Assembly (NCBI GenBank): GCA_965644295.1
Contig: CBFFRP010000110.1
Coordinates: forward strand, 62,001 to 126,000
Direction: 5' to 3'
Length of the DNA: 64,000 nucleotides
From: Paraphysomonas bandaiensis
Lineage: Eukaryota; Protista; Chrysophyceae
The notes beneath the pieces were generated by a model. It saw only the letters and a list, made by a program, of their open reading frames with translations, did not search any database and was not told the origin of the DNA. The translations under genes were made by a program, and so were the position numbers. Positions 12,036 to 23,000 of the stretch are shown piece by piece. Position 1 is the first letter of the stretch. Each line of letters opens with the position of its first letter.

Positions 12036-15000
12036 AAATAAGATTTAAGGTTAGTCTTAATATTTAGTAAGAATATACTTGATATTATTAGAGATAAAGA
12101 TTGAACGATAAGGCCTAATAGTATAATAGCAAGACACGTTTGAGCAGAGCGTTAGCACCACACACATGTGCGTATCTTGTACAGTCGCGTATCATGTATA
12201 GTTTGGTAATTATTCAGTCTATTTGGTATTTCATTGTATATGTGTGTTGTATTCACGCGTTAAGAGATATACGTGAATCAATGACTCCTAATACTCCCCC
12301 TCAATGAAATAATCATATGGCGTATACATAGATATATGGATATAGGTGTATATATTTGGAGATAGTTCTACTGAGGGTAAAACCCACGAGTGCAATCACA
12401 GATTGTGGATTACACTGATGTCAACATACAGCATACTCGTGGGAAACTCCGTAGATCTCTAAGTCATCCATCGTGGTCTCTTGGTTGAGTTCTCTGCCGG
12501 TGGGATAGATACTTTTGTTCTTTTATTGCTAGCAGGTATGTTGATACCTCCCCCCCATTAGTGAATCCCGCAATCTGTGGAACGTGTTTGATGTGAGGGG
12601 TTTAGTTAGAATGTCGGCCAGCATCTCGTTTGTAGGCATGTAATCAACAATAATAGAGTGCGATGCGACTTGTTCTCTTATGAAGTGATATCTGATGGCA
12701 ATATGTTTTGTTCGTCGGTGGTGTACGGGGTTTAGGCATAGTTGAATTGCACCTTTGTTGTCACACCATATGGTTGTTGAGTATGGCATGTGGAAGCCCA
12801 ATTCCGAGAGTAGTGACCGTAGCCAAATAGCTTCTTGACATGCTGTTGATAGTGCCATGTACTCCGCTTCTGTAGAGGATAGAGCTACAGTGGTCTGGAG
12901 TCGTGATTGCCAGGAAATGAGACAATTTCCAATAAAGAAGCAAAACGCTGTGGTCGACCTGCGAGTTAAGTTACAGCGTGCCCAATCACTGTCAGCGAAT
13001 CCAGTTAAAGTAACAGACTTCCCGGAGTACTGTAGACCTTGATCGATAGTGCCTTTGAGGTACCTAAGTATGTTTAATGCGGCTTTGCATGTAGTTAGAT
13101 TTGGATTAGTACTGAAACGAGCAAGGGTGTTTACAGCATATGCAATATCAGGTCTAGTGCACACAGCAATATACATAAGTGAACCTATGAGCTCCTTGTA
13201 AGGAAAATTTTGGACAAATTCTTGATTTTCTTGAGATAGTTGTTTCTTTTCGAGAATGTCTATATGAAAATTTGTTGTCATGGGGTGACTACGTGGCTTG
13301 CAATCTTCCATGTTGAATCTGTGGAGTAGGTTCCGTATGTATTGAGATTGATTTAGTGTCGTAGTTCGATTCTGTATATCCTGTTTGACGAATATGCCGA
13401 GGTAGTAATCTAGGAGGCCGAGATCATGAATGTCGAATTTTTCAGCTAACGAATTCTTGATTTGGATGATGTCAGTCCTACTTTTACCGGCGATAATGAT
13501 GTCATCGACGTAAACTGCCAGAATTATGGGTCGACCATTGATTGATTTCGTGAATATGCACGGGTCGGACACTAATCTGGTAAAACCACAGTCTAACAAA
13601 TAATTAGTACAACATTTATACCAATTTAACCCGGACTGTTTGAGTCCGTATATACTCTTTAGAAGTCTGAGGACTTTACCGTTTGGAACATTGAGACCAG
13701 CGGGTGGATACATGTAAATTTCCTCTTGGAGGTCTGCATTGATGTAAGCAGTGGAGAAATCTACCTGGTGAAGCTCCAACCCAAGTATAGTTGCTAGTGC
13801 TATGACTGTTCTCATTGATGTGGCCTTTGCGACTGGGCTGTAGGTTTCGTTGTAGTCTTTACCCTCGACCTGGGAGAAACCTTGAGCCACTAACCTCGCC
13901 TTGAAGGTAACCTCATCTCGCTTGACCTTTACCCTAAACACGAATTTTCCCCTTATAATGTTGGAATTTGCTGGTGGTGTCGTTATCCTCCAACAGCCTT
14001 TGCTCTCTAGAGACTTGATTTCTTTGTTGATGGCTTTCAGCCATTGTTCCTTGTACCTGCCTGATAGTGCCTCGCCAACATTGTTAGGTGTGTTAGGTAC
14101 ATCATTGCTACATGTGTCATTTGCATGCATAATGATGTCAACATCATTCATGTATAATGTTCTGTAACTATCATGTTTATCAGGTGTTTTGTGGTTGTAC
14201 AAATATCTTTTATCAACATCACAGTGGTATATATTATCACCGAATTTGTGTACATTCATGATTACCCTTTTCCTGGTCTGCCTCTTGCTGTGGAGACTTT
14301 TCTTTACGCAACGGCTCACCTTGTGTCGGTGGGGTGTCCTTACACCCGTAATTGTGCCATCCGGGCTTTGCCGGCTCCTGTCACCCTGGGAATTCACAGT
14401 CTTGATAGCTCGTTTGACCTTACGAGCAGGGTGATCACGCTTGTTGTCACCCCGTGCCTCCTTCGGCACTGTATTCCGCTGAGCTTCTGCTGTGCGGCGA
14501 GGCCTTGCCTCCTTTTCATTTGAGTAGGGTCCTCTCAAATGGCTGTGACTCCCGCCCCGTGTGGCGTCATGACGGCTGTCGGTTGAACTGCTCCTCCCTG
14601 GAGCTGTTCCTTCCACGGGGCATCCTGGTTCCTCTTGCGGGGGTGATACCGCGTTCTGATAACTGAAGTGCTCGGCGGTGTATCTTTCGATGTCCGCAGC
14701 GTGTATTGGGTCATTTAACTCGATGACTCGCCCTTCATTTTCTCGTGGGGCCAATCCTCTGTAAGCAGCCACGTGGCCTTTGATGACTGTGATTCTTGTC
14801 GTGATGTATTGGAGGCCATCCTGTGGATCTGTGTGGGTCATTCCAACGAGGTATTGGAAGCTCTCGGTTGTTCGATTCTCTGAATTTTCTTCTCTCAGTG
14901 ATGATTCGATTTCAGCGTAGTAGTTTTCCTTGACGTCGGGGATGCACTCATTGAAAAAGACGTGACTTGAGATTACGAAGTCCTTGAGTGAAGGTACATA

Positions 15001-17663
15001 TATGACGTACCCTGGTCCATCTTCTCGGTATCCCATGAAGTACCCAATATGGCTATGTGGAGACCAATCGTTTCTTCTCTGAGACTTGTCTATGAATGTA
15101 TGGCATTTGCAGCCCCAAATCCTGGCGTAAGATAAATCGGGGGCCTCGTCGTGGATGAACTGATACGGTGATATGAATCCCTTTGCAGTGGCGCATGGCA
15201 GGCGATTTTTCATATGCGTGACGGTGGACATAGCCTGTTCCCAGAAGTTGGGTGGTAGGCCCGAGTTGCAAATGGATGCAAGCGTTCTTTCCTTGGTCGT
15301 GCGCCATGGTCGTTCTTGTATGGGGTTGTCTTCTGGCGTGTACGGAGCGTTGAAGGTCCAGGTTGATCCTAATTTTCTCAGCAAGTTCAGTACACGATGT
15401 GATACTAGCTCACGGCCACCATCAGCATGATAGTGTATTAGCCGTTTGCCTTTCGAATGCAGATAATCCACAATTTTCTGAATGCACTCAATGACAAAAT
15501 CCTCGGTTCTGTGTTTTCCATAGAATGTCCAACTGTATCTTGAAGCTGCATCGGTAGCTCCAAAGACTACGGTGTTTCCTGTGACTATTGCTGGAGGTGA
15601 AAATGGTCCAGTAAAATCAACTGCTATAAGTCCTCCAAGCTCCTGCGATCTTCTGGTTTTTGTCGGTATCATTTGCCTTGTCTCGCGCCTATGTTTCCTC
15701 CTGTGAGCCTTGCCTTGTGCGCAGCCATCACAAAGGCCTTCTGGTAGCTGTGGCGAGCTCAGGTCGGATTTTGAAATAGTGATTCCTTTCACAAGATTCA
15801 ACTTTAGTGCTTTTTGAATTAAGCCAATGGATGCGTGGGTCAACCTTCGATGTGCCAGGGAGATCGAGGAACCGCTTGATGTAGATGCCAAGTTGCACTG
15901 GTCTTGGATGTAACCTAAATCGGATAATTTGATCTCGTATAGACCGTTTTGTTTCCTGGCTGTGGTTAACAAAATTCCATCGTGGTATACGCGTGCCTCG
16001 TTTGGTCCGAATATAATATTGCAGTTGGCGTCTGTTGTCAACTGGCTGATAGAAATTAAAGTCTTTGACGCGTCTGGAACTAGCCTGCACTTGCTAATCA
16101 GTCCAAGCTTGCCGTATCCCAATGCCTGCATTTCTGATCCTGATTTGGCGGTGTAAATTGTGGTTTGATCGTAAGTGAATTCGGAGAGTAAGCTTCGTGC
16201 TGCTGTAATTGATATTGTGCAGCCAGAGTCTAGAATGCCAAATTCCTGCTTCTCGTGTTCCGTATGTAGGACGTGGTTGTCTGTGATCATCCCAGAGAAT
16301 GCACTGTAGTCATTGTCATCGTTTGGCCCCTCATCGTCATAGTCTTCCAGTCTTAAGTTCGAATCCCGATGACTGTTTCTTGGGTATTTTGATGATGTGT
16401 TCTTGGAGTGATGCCCTTTCCCTCTTTTGTCGTCGTTTCGTTTGTTTGTGGACTTCTGCATCTGTTGTATGTGTTCCCACGAGTGCTTGCACTCTGCTGC
16501 AATGTGGTTGGATCCATTGCATCTGAAGCACTTAACTTCGCGCGAGGCTCTTGTGACTTTGCTGGGCTTGTTGAATTTCTTCTGTTTTCGCTGCCCGTTG
16601 TTGTGCTTCTGCTTCTTCGGTAGACGGGGGTTAAACGGCTGTTTGCCTGTTGAGCTGTAGTTTGCGCTGTCCCGTTTGGTTTCCGTATTTTGTGATAGTA
16701 GGGAGCCTACAGTGGAATGCTCGAATGCTCTCAATCTTCTTATCAGCGTTTTATAATCATCAATTGGGTTCATTTGGAGGTTGATTGCCAGGTCCTTATA
16801 GGTCTGGTTCTCATTTGAGACCATCCCTTGTCGTATTCTTGAAATAAGGTCTTGTTCAGAGACTTTGTGGCCATGTGTAGCGAGCTTTAATCGCAATTTT
16901 TCGACTTCGTCCAGGAATTGATTGATTGTTTGAGCTTGCTTGATTTTGATTGATTGCAGTTGGCCAATGAGGTCGGTTATCGTATCATTTGAGGTCTTGT
17001 CTTTGAAATGCTTTTCGATCTCTGACCATGCCCTTTTTCCATCTCCTTCAGGGACTGTTTCGATAATACCCTCTGCTTCCTCGTTTTGGCCAATCACCGC
17101 GCTGGATAGAAGTGACCATAGGTAATTGTTGCCCTCCTCGAAATACTGCATATTTTCGTCGTAGGCGTTTTTCCTGTATAGGTAGTCCTCTTCTGTTTCT
17201 TCCTCTTGACGTATAGGCTCCTCTGGCGCATCGTTTCTTAGGATGTATACTATCTTAGGCTTACGAAAGAACCAGGCTCTACTTTTCTTCTGCCATTTTG
17301 AGAAGTTCTTGGCGTCGAAGGGTGGCATGGAATCCTTCCTCTTGTCCGATGAGTCGGAGTCGGAGTTATCGTAACTGTTAGTCTTAGAACTACCATCCGC
17401 TACCAAAATAAGATTTAAGGTTAGTCTTAATATTTAGTAAGAATATACTTGATATTATTAGAGATAAAGATTGAACGATAAGGCCTAATAGTATAATAGC
17501 AAGACACGTTTGAGCAGAGCGTTAGCACCACACACATGTGCGTATCTTGTACAGTCGCGTATCATGTATAGTTTGGTAATTATTCAGTCTATTTGGTATT
17601 TCATTGTATATGTGTGTTGTATTCACGCGTTAAGAGATATACGTGAATCAATGACTCCTAATA
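12036..17663 (-). mobile_element. Intact full-length Ty1/copia LTR retrotransposon (5628 bp)
   Basis: 258-bp LTRs at 12036-12293 and 17406-17663, identical by eye. 5-bp TSD ggatt (12031-12035, 17664-17668). PBS TGGTAGCGG (initiator-Met-like) abuts the 5' LTR and PPT TTGAGGGGGAG abuts the 3' LTR. Confidence 0.97.
12529..17328 (-). CDS. Copia Gag-Pol polyprotein (1599 aa from the first ATG)
   Basis: Single uninterrupted ORF in copia order: CCHC knuckle CFRCNGSNHIAAEC, protease LDSGC, integrase HHCC + D/D/E (VDFTG, HADGG, IQER), RT YVDD, RNase H DSDWA/EAEY/CDN/ADILTK. Confidence 0.97.
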   Translation of the reverse strand: MPPFDAKNFSKWQKKSRAWFFRKPKIVYILRNDAPEEPIRQEEETEEDYLYRKNAYDENMQYFEEGNNYLWSLLSSAVIGQNEEAEGIIETVPEGDGKRAWSEIEKHFKDKTSNDTITDLIGQLQSIKIKQAQTINQFLDEVEKLRLKLATHGHKVSEQDLISRIRQGMVSNENQTYKDLAINLQMNPIDDYKTLIRRLRAFEHSTVGSLLSQNTETKRDSANYSSTGKQPFNPRLPKKQKHNNGQRKQKKFNKPSKVTRASREVKCFRCNGSNHIAAECKHSWEHIQQMQKSTNKRNDDKRGKGHHSKNTSSKYPRNSHRDSNLRLEDYDDEGPNDDNDYSAFSGMITDNHVLHTEHEKQEFGILDSGCTISITAARSLLSEFTYDQTTIYTAKSGSEMQALGYGKLGLISKCRLVPDASKTLISISQLTTDANCNIIFGPNEARVYHDGILLTTARKQNGLYEIKLSDLGYIQDQCNLASTSSGSSISLAHRRLTHASIGLIQKALKLNLVKGITISKSDLSSPQLPEGLCDGCAQGKAHRRKHRRETRQMIPTKTRRSQELGGLIAVDFTGPFSPPAIVTGNTVVFGATDAASRYSWTFYGKHRTEDFVIECIQKIVDYLHSKGKRLIHYHADGGRELVSHRVLNLLRKLGSTWTFNAPYTPEDNPIQERPWRTTKERTLASICNSGLPPNFWEQAMSTVTHMKNRLPCATAKGFISPYQFIHDEAPDLSYARIWGCKCHTFIDKSQRRNDWSPHSHIGYFMGYREDGPGYVIYVPSLKDFVISSHVFFNECIPDVKENYYAEIESSLREENSENRTTESFQYLVGMTHTDPQDGLQYITTRITVIKGHVAAYRGLAPRENEGRVIELNDPIHAADIERYTAEHFSYQNAVSPPQEEPGCPVEGTAPGRSSSTDSRHDATRGGSHSHLRGPYSNEKEARPRRTAEAQRNTVPKEARGDNKRDHPARKVKRAIKTVNSQGDRSRQSPDGTITGVRTPHRHKVSRCVKKSLHSKRQTRKRVIMNVHKFGDNIYHCDVDKRYLYNHKTPDKHDSYRTLYMNDVDIIMHANDTCSNDVPNTPNNVGEALSGRYKEQWLKAINKEIKSLESKGCWRITTPPANSNIIRGKFVFRVKVKRDEVTFKARLVAQGFSQVEGKDYNETYSPVAKATSMRTVIALATILGLELHQVDFSTAYINADLQEEIYMYPPAGLNVPNGKVLRLLKSIYGLKQSGLNWYKCCTNYLLDCGFTRLVSDPCIFTKSINGRPIILAVYVDDIIIAGKSRTDIIQIKNSLAEKFDIHDLGLLDYYLGIFVKQDIQNRTTTLNQSQYIRNLLHRFNMEDCKPRSHPMTTNFHIDILEKKQLSQENQEFVQNFPYKELIGSLMYIAVCTRPDIAYAVNTLARFSTNPNLTTCKAALNILRYLKGTIDQGLQYSGKSVTLTGFADSDWARCNLTRRSTTAFCFFIGNCLISWQSRLQTTVALSSTEAEYMALSTACQEAIWLRSLLSELGFHMPYSTTIWCDNKGAIQLCLNPVHHRRTKHIAIRYHFIREQVASHSIIVDYMPTNEMLADILTKPLTSNTFHRLRDSLMGGRYQHTC

Positions 17664-18335
17664 GGATTGTTCCTTTAATGCTGTGCAGTCCGCTTTAGTT
17701 TGTGTGAAAGTAGGGGGCTACCTTCGGCCCAGTATAATTTAGGAGCTCTATCGGGTTGTTCCCATAGAGTTTGTCACGGAGCTGAACGTAGGTGGAGAGA
17801 GTTGTGTATTGATAACAACAAGTGTGGCGGTCAAGGAGCATGGGATGAGATTGGGCTGATCGAGAGTTGCGCAGAATACGCCAAAGCCAAATTCCAACAG
17901 TGAGTAGGTATGTGGAGGTCGAGATACGATATGAACAGGGAATTGTACATTCAATCATATATTAATATTATGCAGGTCAAATGATTCCTTTTTGGACTTC
18001 GCTTAACTGCTGATTGATAAAAATGAAAATATTAGTATAAAAATCGTAACAGTAACGTAAATTAGTCGGGAAGAACATGAACGTAGCTTGTTGGCCTAGC
18101 CTGGGTCGTATCACTATTAGGTTGGAAATTGGAAGTAGGCACAATATTTCACCTCACCTTTGCAAGTTTTATCATTTCAACCCAAGCGCAAGAAGGTTGT
18201 GCGTCATTATGACCAATCAATCAACTCACGAGACTACTACATTACAATATACTTTCTTCATGCTACACTGAATTCTATATATATAGCACATATCAATTAA
18301 TAGTAAGTGCCATTAATGGGTATCCAGTTCCCGGC

Positions 18336-19450
18336 TATTATAAATGGCATTAAAAGCCTGCACCAATGTAGTGGCTACTAGTTGAATGTTAGACATACTA
18401 TTTAGACCTCTCTACCTATCATAACTAATCAGTCCAAAATTCTATTATCCTACTATTTAGGCTTGTGCGTCGCCGCAAACACCAAGGTGCGACCACTTCC
18501 GTTGTTAAAATGTTGATTGTGAGTTTCGCCGTGATCGTGTGTCCTAGGACTCACTGGCGCGTGTTATCAGGGGTCTTCCTTTGAGATGAGATTCCACCAG
18601 GCTCTGAGGTACAGGGTTCTGTATTAAGGTCCTGAGTGCACCGAGTGCTAGATGTGTGTGCTGAGAATTGGGTAGTGAGGTGGAATGTGGCGTTGTCTCA
18701 GTGCACCGTTCGGGCGTCAGGCATAGAGGTAGAGTTGCCGGAGACGGCGTCGTTGTCGAGGGCCTGAAGGTTTCATGCGGGACGGTGTTATGTTCCTGTG
18801 GGTATGAGTGGTGGGGTTCGTGTGTACGGTGGGCGGTGGTTCAGTCTGGGGTCGTCTGCGGACTCCTAGTAATCGTAGCACCCTTGGGCGTTTCCATTGC
18901 TGTCTACGTTTTTGACGCGGTCGCGGGAGTAGCCTGATCCTGATCTCTCAGTACCTCTTGAAGCGTGTTTTTGTGGCTATGAAAGGCAGTCTCCCGTATC
19001 TGAGTGATGGTATCATTTGTGCAATCTAGACATATGTGTTGAGTGAATCTAGTCGAAAGCTGCAGTCAGAACATGCGGCTTTGGCCAGGTCGAGACCTTG
19101 TTTGGTTTTAGCCCGGTTTCTCCCTATGCTGAAAGATTTGTCCCATGTCAATGCTGCATTGAGCACTCTGTGGCGTAGGTGTGAACTATCTTTATTCTTG
19201 ATGGACCACCATCTGCTTGTGCCAGTTTGCGCGGAAGTAGTGCCCCGCTATCTGTCCAATATCCAGGCGCCCGGTCAGGATTGTGACCGTAGCGTTGACC
19301 TCGAAGCGTTGGCTGCCGAGGGTTTGGAAGTCCGTAGGAGGCTTGTATGATGCGGCCCTCGTTCCCCGGATAGGCGCCAGTGCCATAAACCCGCGGCATT
19401 ACCATTAGCGGTTACCAGTTACCAGGCCCTGTGCTACACCACCACCTTCT
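18336..19450 (-). mobile_element. 5'-truncated, decayed non-LTR retrotransposon (LINE) 3' region
   Basis: The minus strand encodes TWDKSFSIGRNRAK...CSDCSFRLDSL-x-HICLDC (one frameshift), a C-x2-C-x8-H-x4-C knuckle typical of LINE ORF2 C-termini. 18340-18830 is colinear with 59351-59867. No RT domain is present in the window. Confidence 0.7.
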
Positions 19451-20035
19451 ACAGATTCAAACTGACTCTATTATCTATCCCGCACTGTGTGCACATGTGC
19501 ACTATCCTAATAGGCACCTTTCTTTATAGGAAACCGCGTACTTTCTCAACATCGATAAAACATAGGACATAGCTCAGCGTTTGTCCTTTAGAAAGAGAGT
19601 TGCAGAGCAAGCAGTACTATATACTTAGGACCTGGCCAGTAAAGGCTTCCCTGCTTATAATTCCTTGTGGTCATTTTCGTCCAACACGATATGTGAATAG
19701 AATGAAAACTTTCAACACCAAAACTAAGGAGCGGAACTTTATCCTTTCAACTATGGTAAATCGAAAACAAATATTCGTCATCAGAGTATTTAATTATGAT
19801 GTACACTTCTACCACAATTGCTGCTCGAATAAACTCCATAAACTCATGATGTAGACACGAAATCATAATTCTAGTCTAAGTATGCCATGGGAATAATAAT
19901 ACAACGCAGTCAGCCATTTGCAAAGGCCAATCAGTGCGTCTAAACAATCAACCGTGATATGAGTTCAAAGCAAAACAGTACAACGACAAGGTTGCAGATA
20001 CATACTTACAAGACTCGCAGTAAACTATATATTTT

Positions 20036-23000
20036 TCAAATGGTGTCAGTTTCTGGTACCCTAGGAAGAGTTGTGTCCGGTTTGCTGTTTCCCCTACCAC
20101 CACGCCCAGCAGGGTTACGCCCCGATCTACCACCATGCAATGCCACCCTACCCGTGTGATACATGGCACTGTTGGCAACACGAGACGCCTGTGTGAATTC
20201 AATAAGAGTATGACAAAATAAAACACAACATCCCACCTCCTCCCTGTTGCTGGTATCATTGGCAGCGGTTGCGCTTCTAGCTATATTTTGGACACTCTGA
20301 ACTGTTTGTTCCAAAGTCATTTTAGGACTTGCTGGTTCCGGTTTCAAAAGTGGATTAGCTGTGGGTACAACATAACTCCTGTATAGAATATAAATAAAAG
20401 TAACAAGTATAAGCGTAGACATTTGCTACCCTCTCGCTATTGCCCCTACAAAGATGTATTAACAACGTTACAAATTAGTGGCAAGCCTTACTCTCTTGTT
20501 CTTGTGCCGCCGCAATAGCCTGTGCAATCGACTTTGACGTGCCACCATTACCTGGTCGACTGGAACTGCCAGTCATTTCGGGAGCACTTGGATGCCGACT
20601 ATGGTCGAACACATCTACATTACTGCTAACATCAACTGCTTTCGAAGCGGTTAAGTGTGCTTGTCGCTCTTTCACAGATCCCCCCCCAGCAGTCCGCATA
20701 AACTCCGCGTCTAAAGATCAATATTAGCACTGCCATAGATGAGCAATTTACATACCAGGCTTCGCTGTGGCATCGAAAGCTGTTGATTTCTGTACATCAC
20801 CACGTACAAGAGGTACATCGGGGTCATATATTGACAGTCCATCATGTCCCTATGAATTAAATAAACCTAATCAATCACAGTGGAAGTCACAAATAATACC
20901 TTATACGCAGTGTTTCTTTTTTCCGATGCGATTAACCTGACGTATTACCACTGCATTAACACTTATACGTTGGCACAACGCTGAGATTCTTACATTTGGC
21001 GCGACTCCTTGGTCGTTAATTCTTCCAGCTTCTGTCTAAAAAAAACACGCCACTCAGCCTTTTTACCATCACCGTCATTATCAAACTCAGTTGGCAAGGA
21101 AACGTATATTGCCCTCATTTCTATATAAAGTATAAATATTTGAGAAATTTAGAAATCAACACCCACCTGTAATGTCGAGGCCTTGGTTACCATATTTCGT
21201 TCTCAAGTCGGCGATGTGAATTCTCTTGATATCATCAGGGTGCATTCTGACAAACCACAATGCTTTCTTCGTCCACACCCTGCACGGCATCTCAATACAC
21301 TAAACACAAAAATTAGAAAACATACCTCGCAGCTATAGATTTCGGCAGACCCTCTTGCATCATTTTCTGGACGCTTGTCTAAAATAGGCATATAATTCAC
21401 AATCTACTCGCGCAAATATATAAAAAACCTGTTGAACGTCAGGGGGAACCAATCGTCTCATTATCTGTAAGCAGTCCAAGTTCATTTGTCTATTCTGCTC
21501 TTCCCACTCTCTAGCTTTATCCTCTAATTCTTTCTGTGCTCCCTAATTAAAATATAAAATCAGTAAGAATAGCGTATCACCTGGTATTCTGGATTCATTC
21601 GAATTGCTTTGTCCCACTTATCGACTTCTTTTTCAGCTTCTTCATCACCTTCCATCAGCCTTTGCACTGCTTCTTGCATGCGCTGACGCGCTATAGACAG
21701 CTCTACAAATTCCACTGGCTGTTGTCCAGACTCTTCTAACTGCTTTCTCAACAACGCGACTTGTTGCTGTAACGTCACATGCTCGCTGTTCGCATCGTCA
21801 TCGTTCGACAGTTTTCCAACACCACTTCGCATGCTATTACGGAATTCTTCATAGTGATCAGCACAAAATCGGATGGACACGCCCATACAGGCTTCTTTAT
21901 TGCAACTCTATTTATATCACGCACAACAGTCACCTCCTATAACAACATATCATTCGTTCCGTACCTTTATTGCACATGCACTACGTCCTTTGTCCAGAAT
22001 GGATCCCCTGCTTCTTGTTCTAGAAAGACCCATTCCACCCTACATAAGGAGACGAAAAAGAGTTATATTGACTAACATAATACTTCGGTTACTTACAATT
22101 ACGCTGTGACGACTACGTCGAATAGAATTTCCTTGGGAATTAAAACCAGCCACAGTTCCTCTTCGGTCATGGAGCAGGGATGGGGACTGAATATTAAGAG
22201 AGTTATAAGTGACAAAACATGTGAGTCAATACGCACCGCAGCATCTTCTGCGTACTTCAGATAATCATACTCTACAAATATTGCTTTGAATCCAAAATAT
22301 TTCTAGAATTAAGTACCCACCGTTACAATCAAACTTACGCTTATGGAAGTACAACTCCTTTGCCGTATGGTGTGAGTTGCCCTCATAGATTCCAATCGAC
22401 TGAACTGCCATAACAGAGTCTATCATAGTGTCGCAAATTAAGCTAGCATCTGATTGAGTATGTTTCGTTGGTGATTGTTTGTCACAATGAACCCTCATTA
22501 TTCGGCAACTGTTGTGAACGAATTGATTGCATACAGAACAATACACCTAAAATACGCGTTAAATACGTACGAAACTTCCGCCACAACTACCTGAGCGCAC
22601 AAATTACAACGAATAGTTCCCCTTCTCTCCATGCATTCAAAGCAGAGTGCAGAATCCCCGGTACTGGAAAGATAATTGGAGCTTGATATATCAGACGGTG
22701 CATCTTGATAGGTACCATCAATACCCTGTCTGGTTTTCTCCAACATGTATAATGCGCGTGGTTTATTTTGAGCGACGTCATAACTTCCACCAGAATCACT
22801 TTCAACAGCCACTATGTACACTTCGTGCCACTTCTCAAATGCCATGAAGAGACGTATCTTAGTCCATCGAAACAAGCACACACTCACGGTAGCCAGAGAA
22901 GAGGCCGCCACCAATGCTCTCATTTCAGAATCAGCCTTTGTAAGGGACGTGCGCACATACTCAGAAGTTTCGCCATCAGAATCTTCTTCGAGTACACCTT

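Larger units (their letters stand above)
11719..17921 (-). mobile_element. Decayed LINE fragment (11719-12035 and 17664-17921) split by the copia insertion
   Basis: Tail motif at 11719-11880. Frameshifted TWDS..RNRAKTTRSLD..ACSDSAHPLDTIKHMCL is homologous to 19015-19150. Degenerate flanking direct repeat agatac...agggaattgta at 11693-11720 and 17922-17949. Confidence 0.65.

Noticed and set aside
12761-17125. Numerous short antisense or alternate-frame ORFs within the copia element (and likewise within host genes)
   Set aside because: They are shadows of real coding sequence with no recognisable motifs.
17329-17406. N-terminal 26 aa of the 1625-aa ORF
   Set aside because: It begins at a TTG overlapping the LTR/PBS junction; the first ATG is at 17328.
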